The notes: generated by a model from the sequence alone, not told the origin. Positions 1-8,348 are shown, counted from the stretch's first letter. The stretch is 28,451 bases of DNA from Candidatus Nanopelagicales bacterium (GCA_044341115.1 JBIISH010000001.1:1-28451); one strand, 5' to 3'. Translations and numbers: made by a program.

Positions 1-498
1 TACCTCTCATTGGGTTCGCTGGGCAGTGCTGACGTGGATCTGATGAAGCGACTCATCGATGTGCTCGGCACAACCCGGCACAGGTTCATCGTCTCGAAGG
101 GCCCACAGCACGATCAGTACGAGTTGGCAGCGAACATGGTGGGCGCCGAGTTCGTGCCGCAAACCAAAATCATTCCGCTGGTCGACCTGGTCATTACCCA
201 CGGTGGCAACAACACCACCACAGAGTCACTCCACTTTGGAAAGCCAATGATCCTGCTACCGCTGTTCTGGGATCAGTACGACAACGCGCAGCGCATGGAT
301 GAACTCGGGTTCGGCAAGCGCCTAGCAACGTACGCGTTCACCGATGAGGAGATGAACGACGCACTCGAATCTCTCCTGGACAACGCCGATTTAGCTGCGC
401 GCATGGAGGCGATGGCCGCTGCGATTTCGGCACGACAGGGCACCACGGTGGGCGCCGATGTGATCGAAGCCGTGGCGCGCAAGCACGCAACTTCGTGA
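1..498 (+). CDS. GT1 (UDP-glycosyltransferase/MGT-like) glycosyltransferase, C-terminal part; 5' end lies outside the window
   Basis: The frame is open from base 1 (YLSLGSLGS...). It contains the UDPGT signature-like segment THGGNNTTTESLHFGKPMILLPLFWDQYDNA. Its TGA overlaps the next GTG (GTGA, 495-498). Confidence 0.85.
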   Translation, partial: YLSLGSLGSADVDLMKRLIDVLGTTRHRFIVSKGPQHDQYELAANMVGAEFVPQTKIIPLVDLVITHGGNNTTTESLHFGKPMILLPLFWDQYDNAQRMDELGFGKRLATYAFTDEEMNDALESLLDNADLAARMEAMAAAISARQGTTVGADVIEAVARKHATS

Positions 499-1790
499 GT
501 GCATCTGCGCACTTACCTCCGGCACTTGTTGCCGCGGTGAGCGCGGCTAGTGCGAAGGATTTGCTTCCCGATCGCAGTCAAGTGCGCTCTGGTGACCTTG
601 ATGGGCCATTCGCGCTCGTGGATTCCCTGGACGCCGGTGGCGGGGTCTATCTGGCACTGATCGACACCGGGGATCGCCTGATCGTGGTGCCAGGTCGTAT
701 AGATGGGGCCGGGTTTCGCCGCGCACCAGTGAGTGCTCAGTTGCTTCAGCAGGAATCGACGGGGAACTTTCGCATTGAGCGCCTTGGTTCTTGTGAACCC
801 TCCGCTGGTGAGCGAGCCCTCGAGGTGGATCAGAGCAATGACTCTGTGATTCTCGGCAATGAGGTGATGATGAAGTGGCAGATCGATGCCGTTGAATCCC
901 CTGCGCCGGCACGGTTGCGCAGTGTCGCGGCTAGCCCTGCTCCGATGCCGCTCACTCCCGAGCCTCTAGCGATTATTGAGTGGGTCGATTCTGAAAGAAG
1001 CCTTCCCTTAACACTGGCGACGGCAACGAGGTTTGTTCCCGGTGCCCGCGATGGTTGGGAATGGGCGGTGGAGTTGGTGCGCGCACATGCGCAAGGTGCA
1101 GGTGTTGATGCGATCACACCATTTGCCCGCATCGGGGAACTAGCCGGACACATGCATGTTGCTTTCTCGACCAACGGCATCACGGAGTTGAGCCCCACTG
1201 AGGTTGCCGCCCTCGGAACAGCAGCCTTTTCTGATCTGGCGAGTGCTTGTGAACTGATGGATGGCGAAGAGGGTGATCGCCTGCTCGAACGCAAGGACCA
1301 AATCGCGGAAAGGCTTGCACGGCTCACAGCCATTGGGTCAACTCCGGCGATCGACATCCATGGTGATTTTCACGTTGGTCAAATAATCGAATCGGCAGAT
1401 GGCGCCTATGCGATCGTCGACTTTGATGGAAACCCCGTTCAAACACCAGCCGAACGCCTGCTCAAACAACCAGCGGCTCGAGACATCGCTGGGATGCTGG
1501 CCTCTATCGATCATGTGGCTCGCGTGGTGAACTACCGCACGCCCGGACTTGATCCACGACCAGCATTGATCTGGATCGCCCATGCTCAAGAGGCTTTCCT
1601 AGCGAGCTACCAACAGGTTCTCGCCGCGCACGGTTTGCGCAACATTCTTGACGACCGCCTGATTGCGCCGTTCATGATGCAGCAGGAAATGCGCGAATAC
1701 ATCTACTCAGCACGCCACCTGCCGTATTGGCGATATGTGCCAGATGCTGTGATTGCTTCTGAGTTCCCCTCATCACGATCGGACAACTGA
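495..1790 (+). CDS. Maltokinase-like/APH-fold sugar kinase, probably the actinobacterial glucosamine kinase subfamily
   Basis: Motifs VDQSNDSVILG...MMKW, IHGDFHVGQI and IVDFDGNP, and RDIAGMLASIDHV. The C-terminus REYIYSARHLPYWRYVPDA matches my recollection of the glucosamine kinase type rather than the Mak type (YE..NRP.W). An SIS gene is adjacent. Confidence 0.7.
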   Translation: MSASAHLPPALVAAVSAASAKDLLPDRSQVRSGDLDGPFALVDSLDAGGGVYLALIDTGDRLIVVPGRIDGAGFRRAPVSAQLLQQESTGNFRIERLGSCEPSAGERALEVDQSNDSVILGNEVMMKWQIDAVESPAPARLRSVAASPAPMPLTPEPLAIIEWVDSERSLPLTLATATRFVPGARDGWEWAVELVRAHAQGAGVDAITPFARIGELAGHMHVAFSTNGITELSPTEVAALGTAAFSDLASACELMDGEEGDRLLERKDQIAERLARLTAIGSTPAIDIHGDFHVGQIIESADGAYAIVDFDGNPVQTPAERLLKQPAARDIAGMLASIDHVARVVNYRTPGLDPRPALIWIAHAQEAFLASYQQVLAAHGLRNILDDRLIAPFMMQQEMREYIYSARHLPYWRYVPDAVIASEFPSSRSDN

Positions 1791-2764
1791 TGGACCCCGT
1801 GCTCTTTCGCGCAGACCTCGAGCGCAAACCTGCTGTGCTGCAGTCACTCGCAGTAAACCTGGATGCCAGAAATCCGTGGGCAGACAGCGGCATCGAGCCA
1901 ACTGATCGCATTATTTTGATTGGCATGGGTTCATCGCACTATGCGAACTGCATTGCAGCTGCGCGTTTGCAAGCACTCGGTGTGGGCGCTGTAGCGACCC
2001 TTGCCAGCTCCGATCTACTGCCCCGCGTTGATACCAAGGATGTGGTGATTGTTGTCTCAGCGAGTGGTGGATCGATAGAAACTGTGGCTGCCGCTCGGCA
2101 TTATTCAGGCACATGTCGCACCATTGCGCTCACCAACGTTGAATCCTCTGAGATTTCTGCACTGTGCGATCAACACATTGTGATGCATGCGGAGGTTGAG
2201 GCAGGCGGGGTTGCTTGTCGTTCCTACCAACACACACTCGCCTTACTTCTCTGCCTTCAAGAATTTCTGGCAGCGGGTTCCATGGATTCCTCGGTCGCAG
2301 CGCTCGTGCGCGCAGCCGCTGAAGCTAGTGCTGACCTCCTTGCAACTGAAGCGGAATGGCTCCCGGTTGTCTCAAATCTTTTGCTTGGCCCAGCGGGTTC
2401 AGCGGTAGTGGCTCCGGCCAGACGGTTCTCCAGCGCGCAGCAGAGCGCATTGATGTTGCGTGAAGGTCCGCGCTTGGCCGCCGTGGGTTGTGAAACGGGG
2501 GACTGGTCACACGTTGATGTGTATCTGACCAAGACCACGGACTATCGAATGTTGCTGCTGGCTGGCTCACGGTGGGAGCCTGCGCTGATGGACTGGTGCG
2601 CCCAAAGGGGTTCCACTGTGGTTGCAGCAGGTGGCGACGTGCCCGGCGCGGCCTTCACCCTCCGCTATCTCCACGATGACGTCGACGATGTGCGGTTGCT
2701 TTCTGAGACTTTGATTGCTGAACTCGTAGCGGCTCGCGCATGGGGGTTGGCCTCATCGGCATGA
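1790..2764 (+). CDS. Double SIS-domain sugar-phosphate isomerase/deaminase (GlmS C-terminal-like)
   Basis: IGMGSSHYA, VSASGGSIETVAAA and ALTN motifs, plus LMLREGPR. There is no glutaminase domain. It overlaps the upstream stop by 1 bp (TGATG). Confidence 0.85.
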   Translation: MDPVLFRADLERKPAVLQSLAVNLDARNPWADSGIEPTDRIILIGMGSSHYANCIAAARLQALGVGAVATLASSDLLPRVDTKDVVIVVSASGGSIETVAAARHYSGTCRTIALTNVESSEISALCDQHIVMHAEVEAGGVACRSYQHTLALLLCLQEFLAAGSMDSSVAALVRAAAEASADLLATEAEWLPVVSNLLLGPAGSAVVAPARRFSSAQQSALMLREGPRLAAVGCETGDWSHVDVYLTKTTDYRMLLLAGSRWEPALMDWCAQRGSTVVAAGGDVPGAAFTLRYLHDDVDDVRLLSETLIAELVAARAWGLASSA

Positions 2765-2769
2765 GAGAT

Positions 2770-2830
2770 TGTTACTACGCATAAACGGGTGATGAAACCC
2801 GTTTATGCGTAGTAACAGGCCTGTTTTTGT
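2770..2830. terminator. Perfect 21-bp inverted repeat between convergent genes, probable bidirectional terminator
   Basis: tgttactacgcataaacgggt (2770-2790), loop gatgaa, acccgtttatgcgtagtaaca (2797-2817), followed by a T-rich run ctgtttttgtt. Confidence 0.75.
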
Positions 2831-2848
2831 TAGACCGTGGGTAGTTCT

Positions 2849-4144
2849 TCAGTCTGGAACCACCCGCGCGATCTTTGACGCCGACTTAATCCAATTAGTG
2901 CCATCGTCGGCAAAGCCCGCAGGCATGGCATCTTTCACTTGGTTGACTCGAGCAAACGCCGAGCCATCGTCATGCCAGCCTATGGGCGGTGCGTTCTTTA
3001 CTTGGTAGTTGACCCACTTGTATCCGCCGGTCCAACCAAGGCATTGGCCACTGTGCATGGTGCCACCGCGCGGGCACGTGGTGCCTGACCAATCCGTGCC
3101 GAAGTCTTGGTAGACGCTGCCGGGGCAATCTGGACCTGAGCAGGCTTCATAACGCGAATCGGTTGAGTAGGTGTAGGGCGTGGTCTCGGTGACCGGGCTG
3201 TATGTGTAGGCCTTTGTGTGTGTGCAGATATCGCCAGTTTCAGTGAAGTCATCGGGGCACACATGGATGGTGTGAGTAGCCGGAGGCGGTGGTGAGCTCG
3301 GCGGTGGTGGAGCCGACGGCGTTGTTGGTGCTGGAGGCGCGGGGATTGCAGGGTTGTTGACCTGAGTGATGACGGGCGAAATGGGGGTCTTGATCGGTTC
3401 GAGAGATGCATCGGTGGCAGGGGCGAGGGATGTGGGGGTGCTCGTGGAATTTCCACCGTGAATCTCAGCGAGAGTTCTGTTCATGGTGGCGGTAGCTGAC
3501 GTGCCACTGCCTGCACTGTTGCGCGGGGTGAGAGTGAATGTGTAACGAACATCGGTACTGAGACCGGTCAACACCATGCTGCGCACGTTTCGCACATCCT
3601 TGATGATGGTGGCAAGACTCGAGTCCAGTGGAGTGGCGGTCAACCGAAATCCCACAGCGGCACCACCCGTGGCACGGGTGGGCGTGTGTTGCCAGGTGAG
3701 TTTGATCGAGGTGCGCTGATCAGTGGTGGTGGCAGTCAGACGGCTGGGGACTCGCATTGTGGTAAGTGCAGTGACCGAGATGCGCGCTCGGGATGAGTCT
3801 TTGCCCATCGATTGAATCAGATATGTCTGGCCCGGGGTCAATTCGCGAAAGACCACGAAACCCCTCGCACTCGCCCGGGTGAAGACCGGCACGGACTTGC
3901 CGCTGCTCAACATGATGCCGGTTCCCGGACGGGCAGTGACAGTGATGACCCGAGGCGCATTTGCAATGGCTCTGATTGCAGCAGCGGGAAGCACCGAGAC
4001 TGATTTCACTGGACTGGTCGCATCTATTGCACTGCTGCTCGCGATGACTCGTGACGGTTGGGTTTCTGCGAGTACCGGAGAGGCGTTGAGAGAGACCAAC
4101 GCTGTTGATGACAGGAGCAACGCTCCAAGGACGGGTAATTGCAT
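2849..4144 (-). CDS. Secreted fibronectin type III-domain protein with a Pro-rich linker and a Cys-containing C-terminal domain
   Basis: N-terminal signal-peptide-like stretch. FN3 hallmarks (IKLTW...GFRLTA...LTGLSTDVRYTFTLTPRNSAGSG). Linker PAPPAPTTPSAPPPPSSPPPP. SD-like AAAGGA upstream. Confidence 0.75.
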   Translation of the reverse strand: MQLPVLGALLLSSTALVSLNASPVLAETQPSRVIASSSAIDATSPVKSVSVLPAAAIRAIANAPRVITVTARPGTGIMLSSGKSVPVFTRASARGFVVFRELTPGQTYLIQSMGKDSSRARISVTALTTMRVPSRLTATTTDQRTSIKLTWQHTPTRATGGAAVGFRLTATPLDSSLATIIKDVRNVRSMVLTGLSTDVRYTFTLTPRNSAGSGTSATATMNRTLAEIHGGNSTSTPTSLAPATDASLEPIKTPISPVITQVNNPAIPAPPAPTTPSAPPPPSSPPPPATHTIHVCPDDFTETGDICTHTKAYTYSPVTETTPYTYSTDSRYEACSGPDCPGSVYQDFGTDWSGTTCPRGGTMHSGQCLGWTGGYKWVNYQVKNAPPIGWHDDGSAFARVNQVKDAMPAGFADDGTNWIKSASKIARVVPD

Positions 4145-4243
4145 GGGGTTTCCTTTCTGTTCCCGTCATCGTGAGCGGGAGGGAACAGCAAAGAAACGTG
4201 TTGAAGAGAGGCTGTGGATGAAAGTGCAAAGCAGGGCTGTGGG

Positions 4244-4831
4244 CTAGCGAGTTACTAACAGGTCTCCAACAGCAACCTTGACACTCGGGGAGAACACCGT
4301 GGTGCTCAAGTCACGATTCAGGCGATCGGTGATGGCAGAACTTGCAAACCGCAGTTCGATTCCGGTGAACAGCGTCGATTTGGAATCGTCGTTATTGATC
4401 TTGGTGCGAGACCGAATCTCGGTGATGACAAAAATTTCTGCATTGCTGCCATCGGCGAGAACGCAATCAACCACGCGCGCCCGAGTGTCAATGGTCGGCA
4501 CCTGGCAACGCACACTCTGATTGGTTCGGGTGTTCAGGAACCGGAAGCCGCCGGCCGTTGCATTAGCGGTGAAAGTCTTCGCTTGAACCGGAAGTGTGAC
4601 GGTGGCACTGGTGTCATACGTTGTGGTGGTGACCCCACCCGGGGAAATGCCCACGAGCGCGATGTCAGCACTCGACCACGCCGGCATGATGCCCGGAGCG
4701 GTTGTGAAGGTGAAAATGCCTGTCGCGGGGATCGTGGTGTAGGCCTGCGCAGGGATCGAGGCGGCGAAAGTGCTGGCGCCGGCCATGACCATGGCACCTG
4801 TGAAGGCGATCAGGCGACGACCAAGGCTCAT
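4244..4831 (-). CDS. Secreted hypothetical protein, predicted beta-rich
   Basis: Signal peptide (MSLGRRLIAF...SIPAQA) with an AxA-type cleavage site. -10-like TATCCT sits 6 nt before the ATG. No family can be assigned with confidence. Confidence 0.7.
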   Translation of the reverse strand: MSLGRRLIAFTGAMVMAGASTFAASIPAQAYTTIPATGIFTFTTAPGIMPAWSSADIALVGISPGGVTTTTYDTSATVTLPVQAKTFTANATAGGFRFLNTRTNQSVRCQVPTIDTRARVVDCVLADGSNAEIFVITEIRSRTKINNDDSKSTLFTGIELRFASSAITDRLNRDLSTTVFSPSVKVAVGDLLVTR

Positions 4832-4848
4832 AGGAGCAGGATAGACCC
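4832..4848. promoter_or_regulatory. Putative overlapping divergent leaderless promoters
   Basis: 17-bp gap aggagcaggatagaccc. Plus strand: CAGGAT (4837-4842) + 6 nt + GTG at 4849. Minus strand: TATCCT (4843-4838) + 6 nt + ATG at 4831. Confidence 0.55.
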
Positions 4849-6213
4849 GTGAGCACCACCAATCCCGATGCCGTATTGATCGCCGCGCTGAAAGCCGCCG
4901 TGGGAAGCGAGCACGTCATCACATCTGGTGCTGACATGGAGGGCTACACCACTGATTGGTCGCGCAGGTTCTCTGGGCCCGCAGTTGCTGTGGTGCGCCC
5001 GGCGAACACCGCAGAAGTTGCAAGCCTGGTGGGAATCTGCGCCGAATTTTGCGTGCCGATGCTTGCCCAAGGCGGCAACACCGGATTAGTGGGTGGATCG
5101 GTGCCGGCAGCGACGGGAACCCCACCGGTGATCATTTCCCTACGTCGCTTGAACACGTTAGCACCAGTGGATGAACTCTCCGGGCAGGTAACCGCGGGCG
5201 CTGGAGCGTTACTAGGAGATGTGCACAGGCACGCACGCGCGGCCGGCTGGGAATACGGAGTAGACCTCGCGGCGCGAGACTCGGCAACGATCGGCGGCAC
5301 GGTTGCCACAAATGCCGGCGGCATTCACGTGATCTCCCACGGCATGACCCGCGCGCAAGTAACCGGGATCGAAGCGGTGCTCGCCGATGGCAGCGTGATC
5401 TCGCACCTAGCCGGGCTCGATAAAGACAACACGGGCTACGACCTCACCGGGCTGCTCTGCGGCTCAGAAGGAACGCTCGGGGTGATCACCGCGGTGCGCG
5501 TGCGGTTGCACCGACCAGTTGGGCGCACCACCGTTGCGTTGATCGGCGTAGACTCCTACGAGTCAGCTGTTGCCTTGATCCACTCAGGTGCTACTCCGGG
5601 CTATCACCTGCGCGCGGCCGAGGTGATTGATGCCTGCGGCATGCGGCTGGTCCAGCAGGTGGCTGACCTGCCGTGGCCATTGGCCGCGCACTGGCCTTTG
5701 GTGGTGTTGCTCGAAGTAATTGATGGGGGCACGGGTGATGGGCTTGCCATTTCCATCGACGCCGACGCCGTAGTGGGCCTTGAGTCGGGCGAGCAGGAGC
5801 GGCTCTGGCAATACCGGGAGCGGCAGTCAGAGGCGTTCAGTTCCTTGGGAGTGATCCACAAACTCGACGTATCCGTTCCCCTCGAATCCCTGGCCGCATG
5901 CTGTGCTGAATTGAACAACGTTGTTGCGGAATTTGCTGATGTTCGAGAGTTCGGGGTATTCGGCCACTTGGGCGATGGGAATATCCATGTGGAGATTTAT
6001 GGACCCGATGCCGATGATATGGCTGTTGATATAGCTGTTCTGGAATGTGTGAGCGCATACTCAGGTTCAATATCAGCAGAGCACGGAGTAGGCAGAGCAA
6101 AAGCGGAATTGCTGAATTTAAGTAGGAGTCCCGCTGAAATTGCAGCGATGCGGGCAATTAAAAGTGCATTAGATCCGCAGGGGCTCTTTAATCCCGGCGT
6201 AATTCTTGACTAA
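4849..6213 (+). CDS. FAD-binding oxidoreductase, FAD_binding_4/FAD-oxidase_C family (D-2-hydroxyacid dehydrogenase/GlcD-like)
   Basis: QGGNTGLVGGSVP, TIGGTVATNAGG, GSEGTLGVIT, FGHLGDGNIH, SISAEHGVG and C-terminal LDPQGLFNPG motifs. Confidence 0.92.
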   Translation: MSTTNPDAVLIAALKAAVGSEHVITSGADMEGYTTDWSRRFSGPAVAVVRPANTAEVASLVGICAEFCVPMLAQGGNTGLVGGSVPAATGTPPVIISLRRLNTLAPVDELSGQVTAGAGALLGDVHRHARAAGWEYGVDLAARDSATIGGTVATNAGGIHVISHGMTRAQVTGIEAVLADGSVISHLAGLDKDNTGYDLTGLLCGSEGTLGVITAVRVRLHRPVGRTTVALIGVDSYESAVALIHSGATPGYHLRAAEVIDACGMRLVQQVADLPWPLAAHWPLVVLLEVIDGGTGDGLAISIDADAVVGLESGEQERLWQYRERQSEAFSSLGVIHKLDVSVPLESLAACCAELNNVVAEFADVREFGVFGHLGDGNIHVEIYGPDADDMAVDIAVLECVSAYSGSISAEHGVGRAKAELLNLSRSPAEIAAMRAIKSALDPQGLFNPGVILD

Positions 6214-6242
6214 AAAATTGCTGGGTTATTTACCTATTTCTA

Positions 6243-6280
6243 TTGACGACTTGTTGAATCATCCACATTGTTGATAAAGT
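6243..6280 (+). promoter_or_regulatory. Putative sigma70-type promoter(s) of lsr2 in an AT-rich intergenic region
   Basis: TTGACG (6243-6248), 17 bp, CATTGT (6266-6271). An alternative -10 TAAAGT lies at 6275-6280. 6241-6300 is about 37% GC by hand count. Confidence 0.5.
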
Positions 6281-6371
6281 GCATTAAGTATTAACGCGGG
6301 GGCGAATGTAAATGCAAATGTGTTTCGCGCAGGGTGCGTGGAATGTAAATAGGAATTCCTGGTGATAGCTC

Positions 6372-6776
6372 GTGGCAAAACAAATTGTGGTAATCGACGA
6401 TGTCACCGGTGAAAGTAATGCCGAAACCCGTTCACTCACCATTGACGGGGTCGATTATGAAATCGATTTGACTGATGAATCAATGCAGCGGCTCAAGAAC
6501 AGCATCCGTGAGTTCCTAGAAGTTGCTCGCGTGGCATCGCCCCGCAGTTCTTCACCTCGCAGTTCCTCTCGCTCGGCTGGCCTGGCTGCACCCCGCTCGA
6601 TCAAGCGCGGCACCCCAGTGCGCAAAGCACAGGTGCTGCCCTCACCGAGTTCCACCATTCGCGTGTGGGCATCGGCCAATAACGTGGACTGCCCCACCCG
6701 CGGTCGCATCCCGGCCTCGGTGATCGAGGCCTACGAGCGCTCCATGGCGCCCGTGATGTTCTCAGCCGTTCAGTAG
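6372..6776 (+). CDS. lsr2: Lsr2-family nucleoid-associated protein/xenogeneic silencer
   Basis: N-terminal IDDVTG...LTIDGVDYEIDLT dimerisation motif. C-terminal IRVWA...VDCPTRGRIPASVIEAY with the RGR AT-hook-like grip. Confidence 0.92.
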   Translation: MAKQIVVIDDVTGESNAETRSLTIDGVDYEIDLTDESMQRLKNSIREFLEVARVASPRSSSPRSSSRSAGLAAPRSIKRGTPVRKAQVLPSPSSTIRVWASANNVDCPTRGRIPASVIEAYERSMAPVMFSAVQ

Positions 6777-6777
6777 C

Positions 6778-7437
6778 TCAACTGTTCAGTAGGTCCGCGA
6801 GTTCTGCAGGATTCCGGGCTAGTGCAATCGCACCGGCTGTGGTGAGTTCAGCTTCATCGCCGTAACCCCACAGCACCCCGATCGTGTCGATGCCGTGTTC
6901 GCGGGCCCCGGCCACATCGTGGCGACGATCCCCGACCATGCGCATCGACTGAGTGCTCGGATCCGAGTTGGTCATCGCGAGTGCATGCTCGATCACGAGC
7001 GATTTCGAATCACGGCTGCCATCGAGTTCGGCGCCACCGATAAACGTGAAGTAATTGGCGAGCTGGTAATGCTCGAGGATTCGCGTTGCTGAATAGGTGG
7101 GCTTACTCGTCGCTACCGCCAAGGTGGTTCCCTGCGCTGTGAGCAGGGCGAGAAGCTCTGGGATTCCGTCGTAGACCTCGTTCTCAAACAAGCCAACGTC
7201 GTGATATCGCTCGCGGTATTTATCGATCGCGACGCGAATCTGCTCATCACCCATACCGAAGTGTTCAGCGAACGTAACCGCGAGCGGCGGGCCGAGGAAA
7301 GTGCGCATCGTGGCAGCGTCGGGATGTTCGATCCCGAACCCATCAAGTGCGTAGGTGATGCAGTTGATGATTCCCGGGGCTGCATCAGTCAGCGTGCCAT
7401 CAAGGTCAAAGAGGATCACGTCGAGGTTTTGGGGCAC
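6778..7437 (-). CDS. HAD-IA hydrolase (phosphoglycolate phosphatase/5'-nucleotidase-like)
   Basis: ILFDLDGTLTD, VATSKP and MVGDRRHDV..GA motifs. Start reassigned to GTG 7437, with -10-like CATGAT 6 nt upstream; the ORF-track N-terminal extension is probably spurious. Confidence 0.9.
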   Translation of the reverse strand: MPQNLDVILFDLDGTLTDAAPGIINCITYALDGFGIEHPDAATMRTFLGPPLAVTFAEHFGMGDEQIRVAIDKYRERYHDVGLFENEVYDGIPELLALLTAQGTTLAVATSKPTYSATRILEHYQLANYFTFIGGAELDGSRDSKSLVIEHALAMTNSDPSTQSMRMVGDRRHDVAGAREHGIDTIGVLWGYGDEAELTTAGAIALARNPAELADLLNS

Positions 7438-7505
7438 GCCGTGATCATGCCATGGGATGGGGAAGGGAACTCTTCTCGTCAACTTTTCTCTGCCATGCTG
7501 AGCCG

Positions 7506-8348
7506 GTGATCGATTCAATCCGCCGGCACGGGGATCCCCCGTTGGTGGTGGCGCACCGCGGCGCGAGTTCGGTGGAACCCGAACACTCGATGGCGGCCTA
7601 CCTGCGGGCAATCAGCGACGGGGCCGATGCGGTGGAGTGCGATGTGCGGCTCACCGCCGATGGCAACCTGGTGCTGGTGCACGATCGGCGCATCGATCGC
7701 ACGAGTGATGGATCGGGGTATGTGTCTGCGCTGCACCTCGATGAGTTGATGCAACGCGATTTCAGCGGTGGAGCATCCCGGTGGATGGACTTTGAAGATC
7801 CGAAGGGCCATGAATATCGCGCGCGCGTACTCACCCTCGATCGATTCCTGTCCGATCTCACCGCAGTTTCATCGACCGTGCAATTCTCGATCGAGACCAA
7901 ACACCCCACGCGGTATCGGGGATATGTGGAGCGGGAGCTCGCGGCAACGTTGCGCAAGTTTGGGCTCGGTGAGCCCGCGCGGGATTCAGAAGTGCAGGGA
8001 ACAGCGTCCCAGCTTGCGATGCGCGTGCGCGTGATGTCATTCAGTTACTTTGCTGTTCGACGCATTCCGAAACTCTTACCCGAAGTTCCCTCGGTCTACT
8101 TGGTGGATCGGCTCTGGCCGTGGGTCAAATCCGGATCGCTGCCCAAGGGCACGTCGGTGCTCGGTCCATCGATTGAGGTCCTTCGCTCGCACCCGGAAAT
8201 TGTTCGACGCGTGCACGAGCGCGGCCACGAAGTGCACGTCTGGACCGTTGATGAGAACGACGACGTTGACCTATGCCTCGAGCTCGGGGTGGATGCGATC
8301 ATCACCAACCGGCCGGGCGCGGTGAAGGCGCGCATCACCGCTCGGTAA
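7506..8348 (+). CDS. Glycerophosphodiester phosphodiesterase (GDPD; GlpQ/UgpQ family)
   Basis: VVAHRGAS, ECDVRLTADGNLVLVHDRRIDRTS, IETKHP and VHVWTVD...GVDAIITNRP motifs. Start GTG 7506, with CATGCT 6 nt upstream. Confidence 0.92.
   Translation: MIDSIRRHGDPPLVVAHRGASSVEPEHSMAAYLRAISDGADAVECDVRLTADGNLVLVHDRRIDRTSDGSGYVSALHLDELMQRDFSGGASRWMDFEDPKGHEYRARVLTLDRFLSDLTAVSSTVQFSIETKHPTRYRGYVERELAATLRKFGLGEPARDSEVQGTASQLAMRVRVMSFSYFAVRRIPKLLPEVPSVYLVDRLWPWVKSGSLPKGTSVLGPSIEVLRSHPEIVRRVHERGHEVHVWTVDENDDVDLCLELGVDAIITNRPGAVKARITAR

Noticed and set aside
4151-4188. Hairpin (ctgttccc/gggaacag) next to the SD of the FN3 gene as a riboswitch
   Set aside because: The stem ends just before the AAAGGA and does not sequester it, and no aptamer consensus is visible. 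More likely a stability or processing hairpin.
4244-4831. HtaA-like heme-binding assignment for the secreted hypothetical protein
   Set aside because: Only a vague pattern resemblance, with no identifiable conserved Tyr/His heme ligands. It needs a profile search.
6259-6267. DnaA-box-like 9-mers (tcatccaca here and on the minus strand near 4205-4213; ctgtccaca near 24363)
   Set aside because: Isolated single-mismatch hits, not clustered, with no oriC context. Expected by chance.
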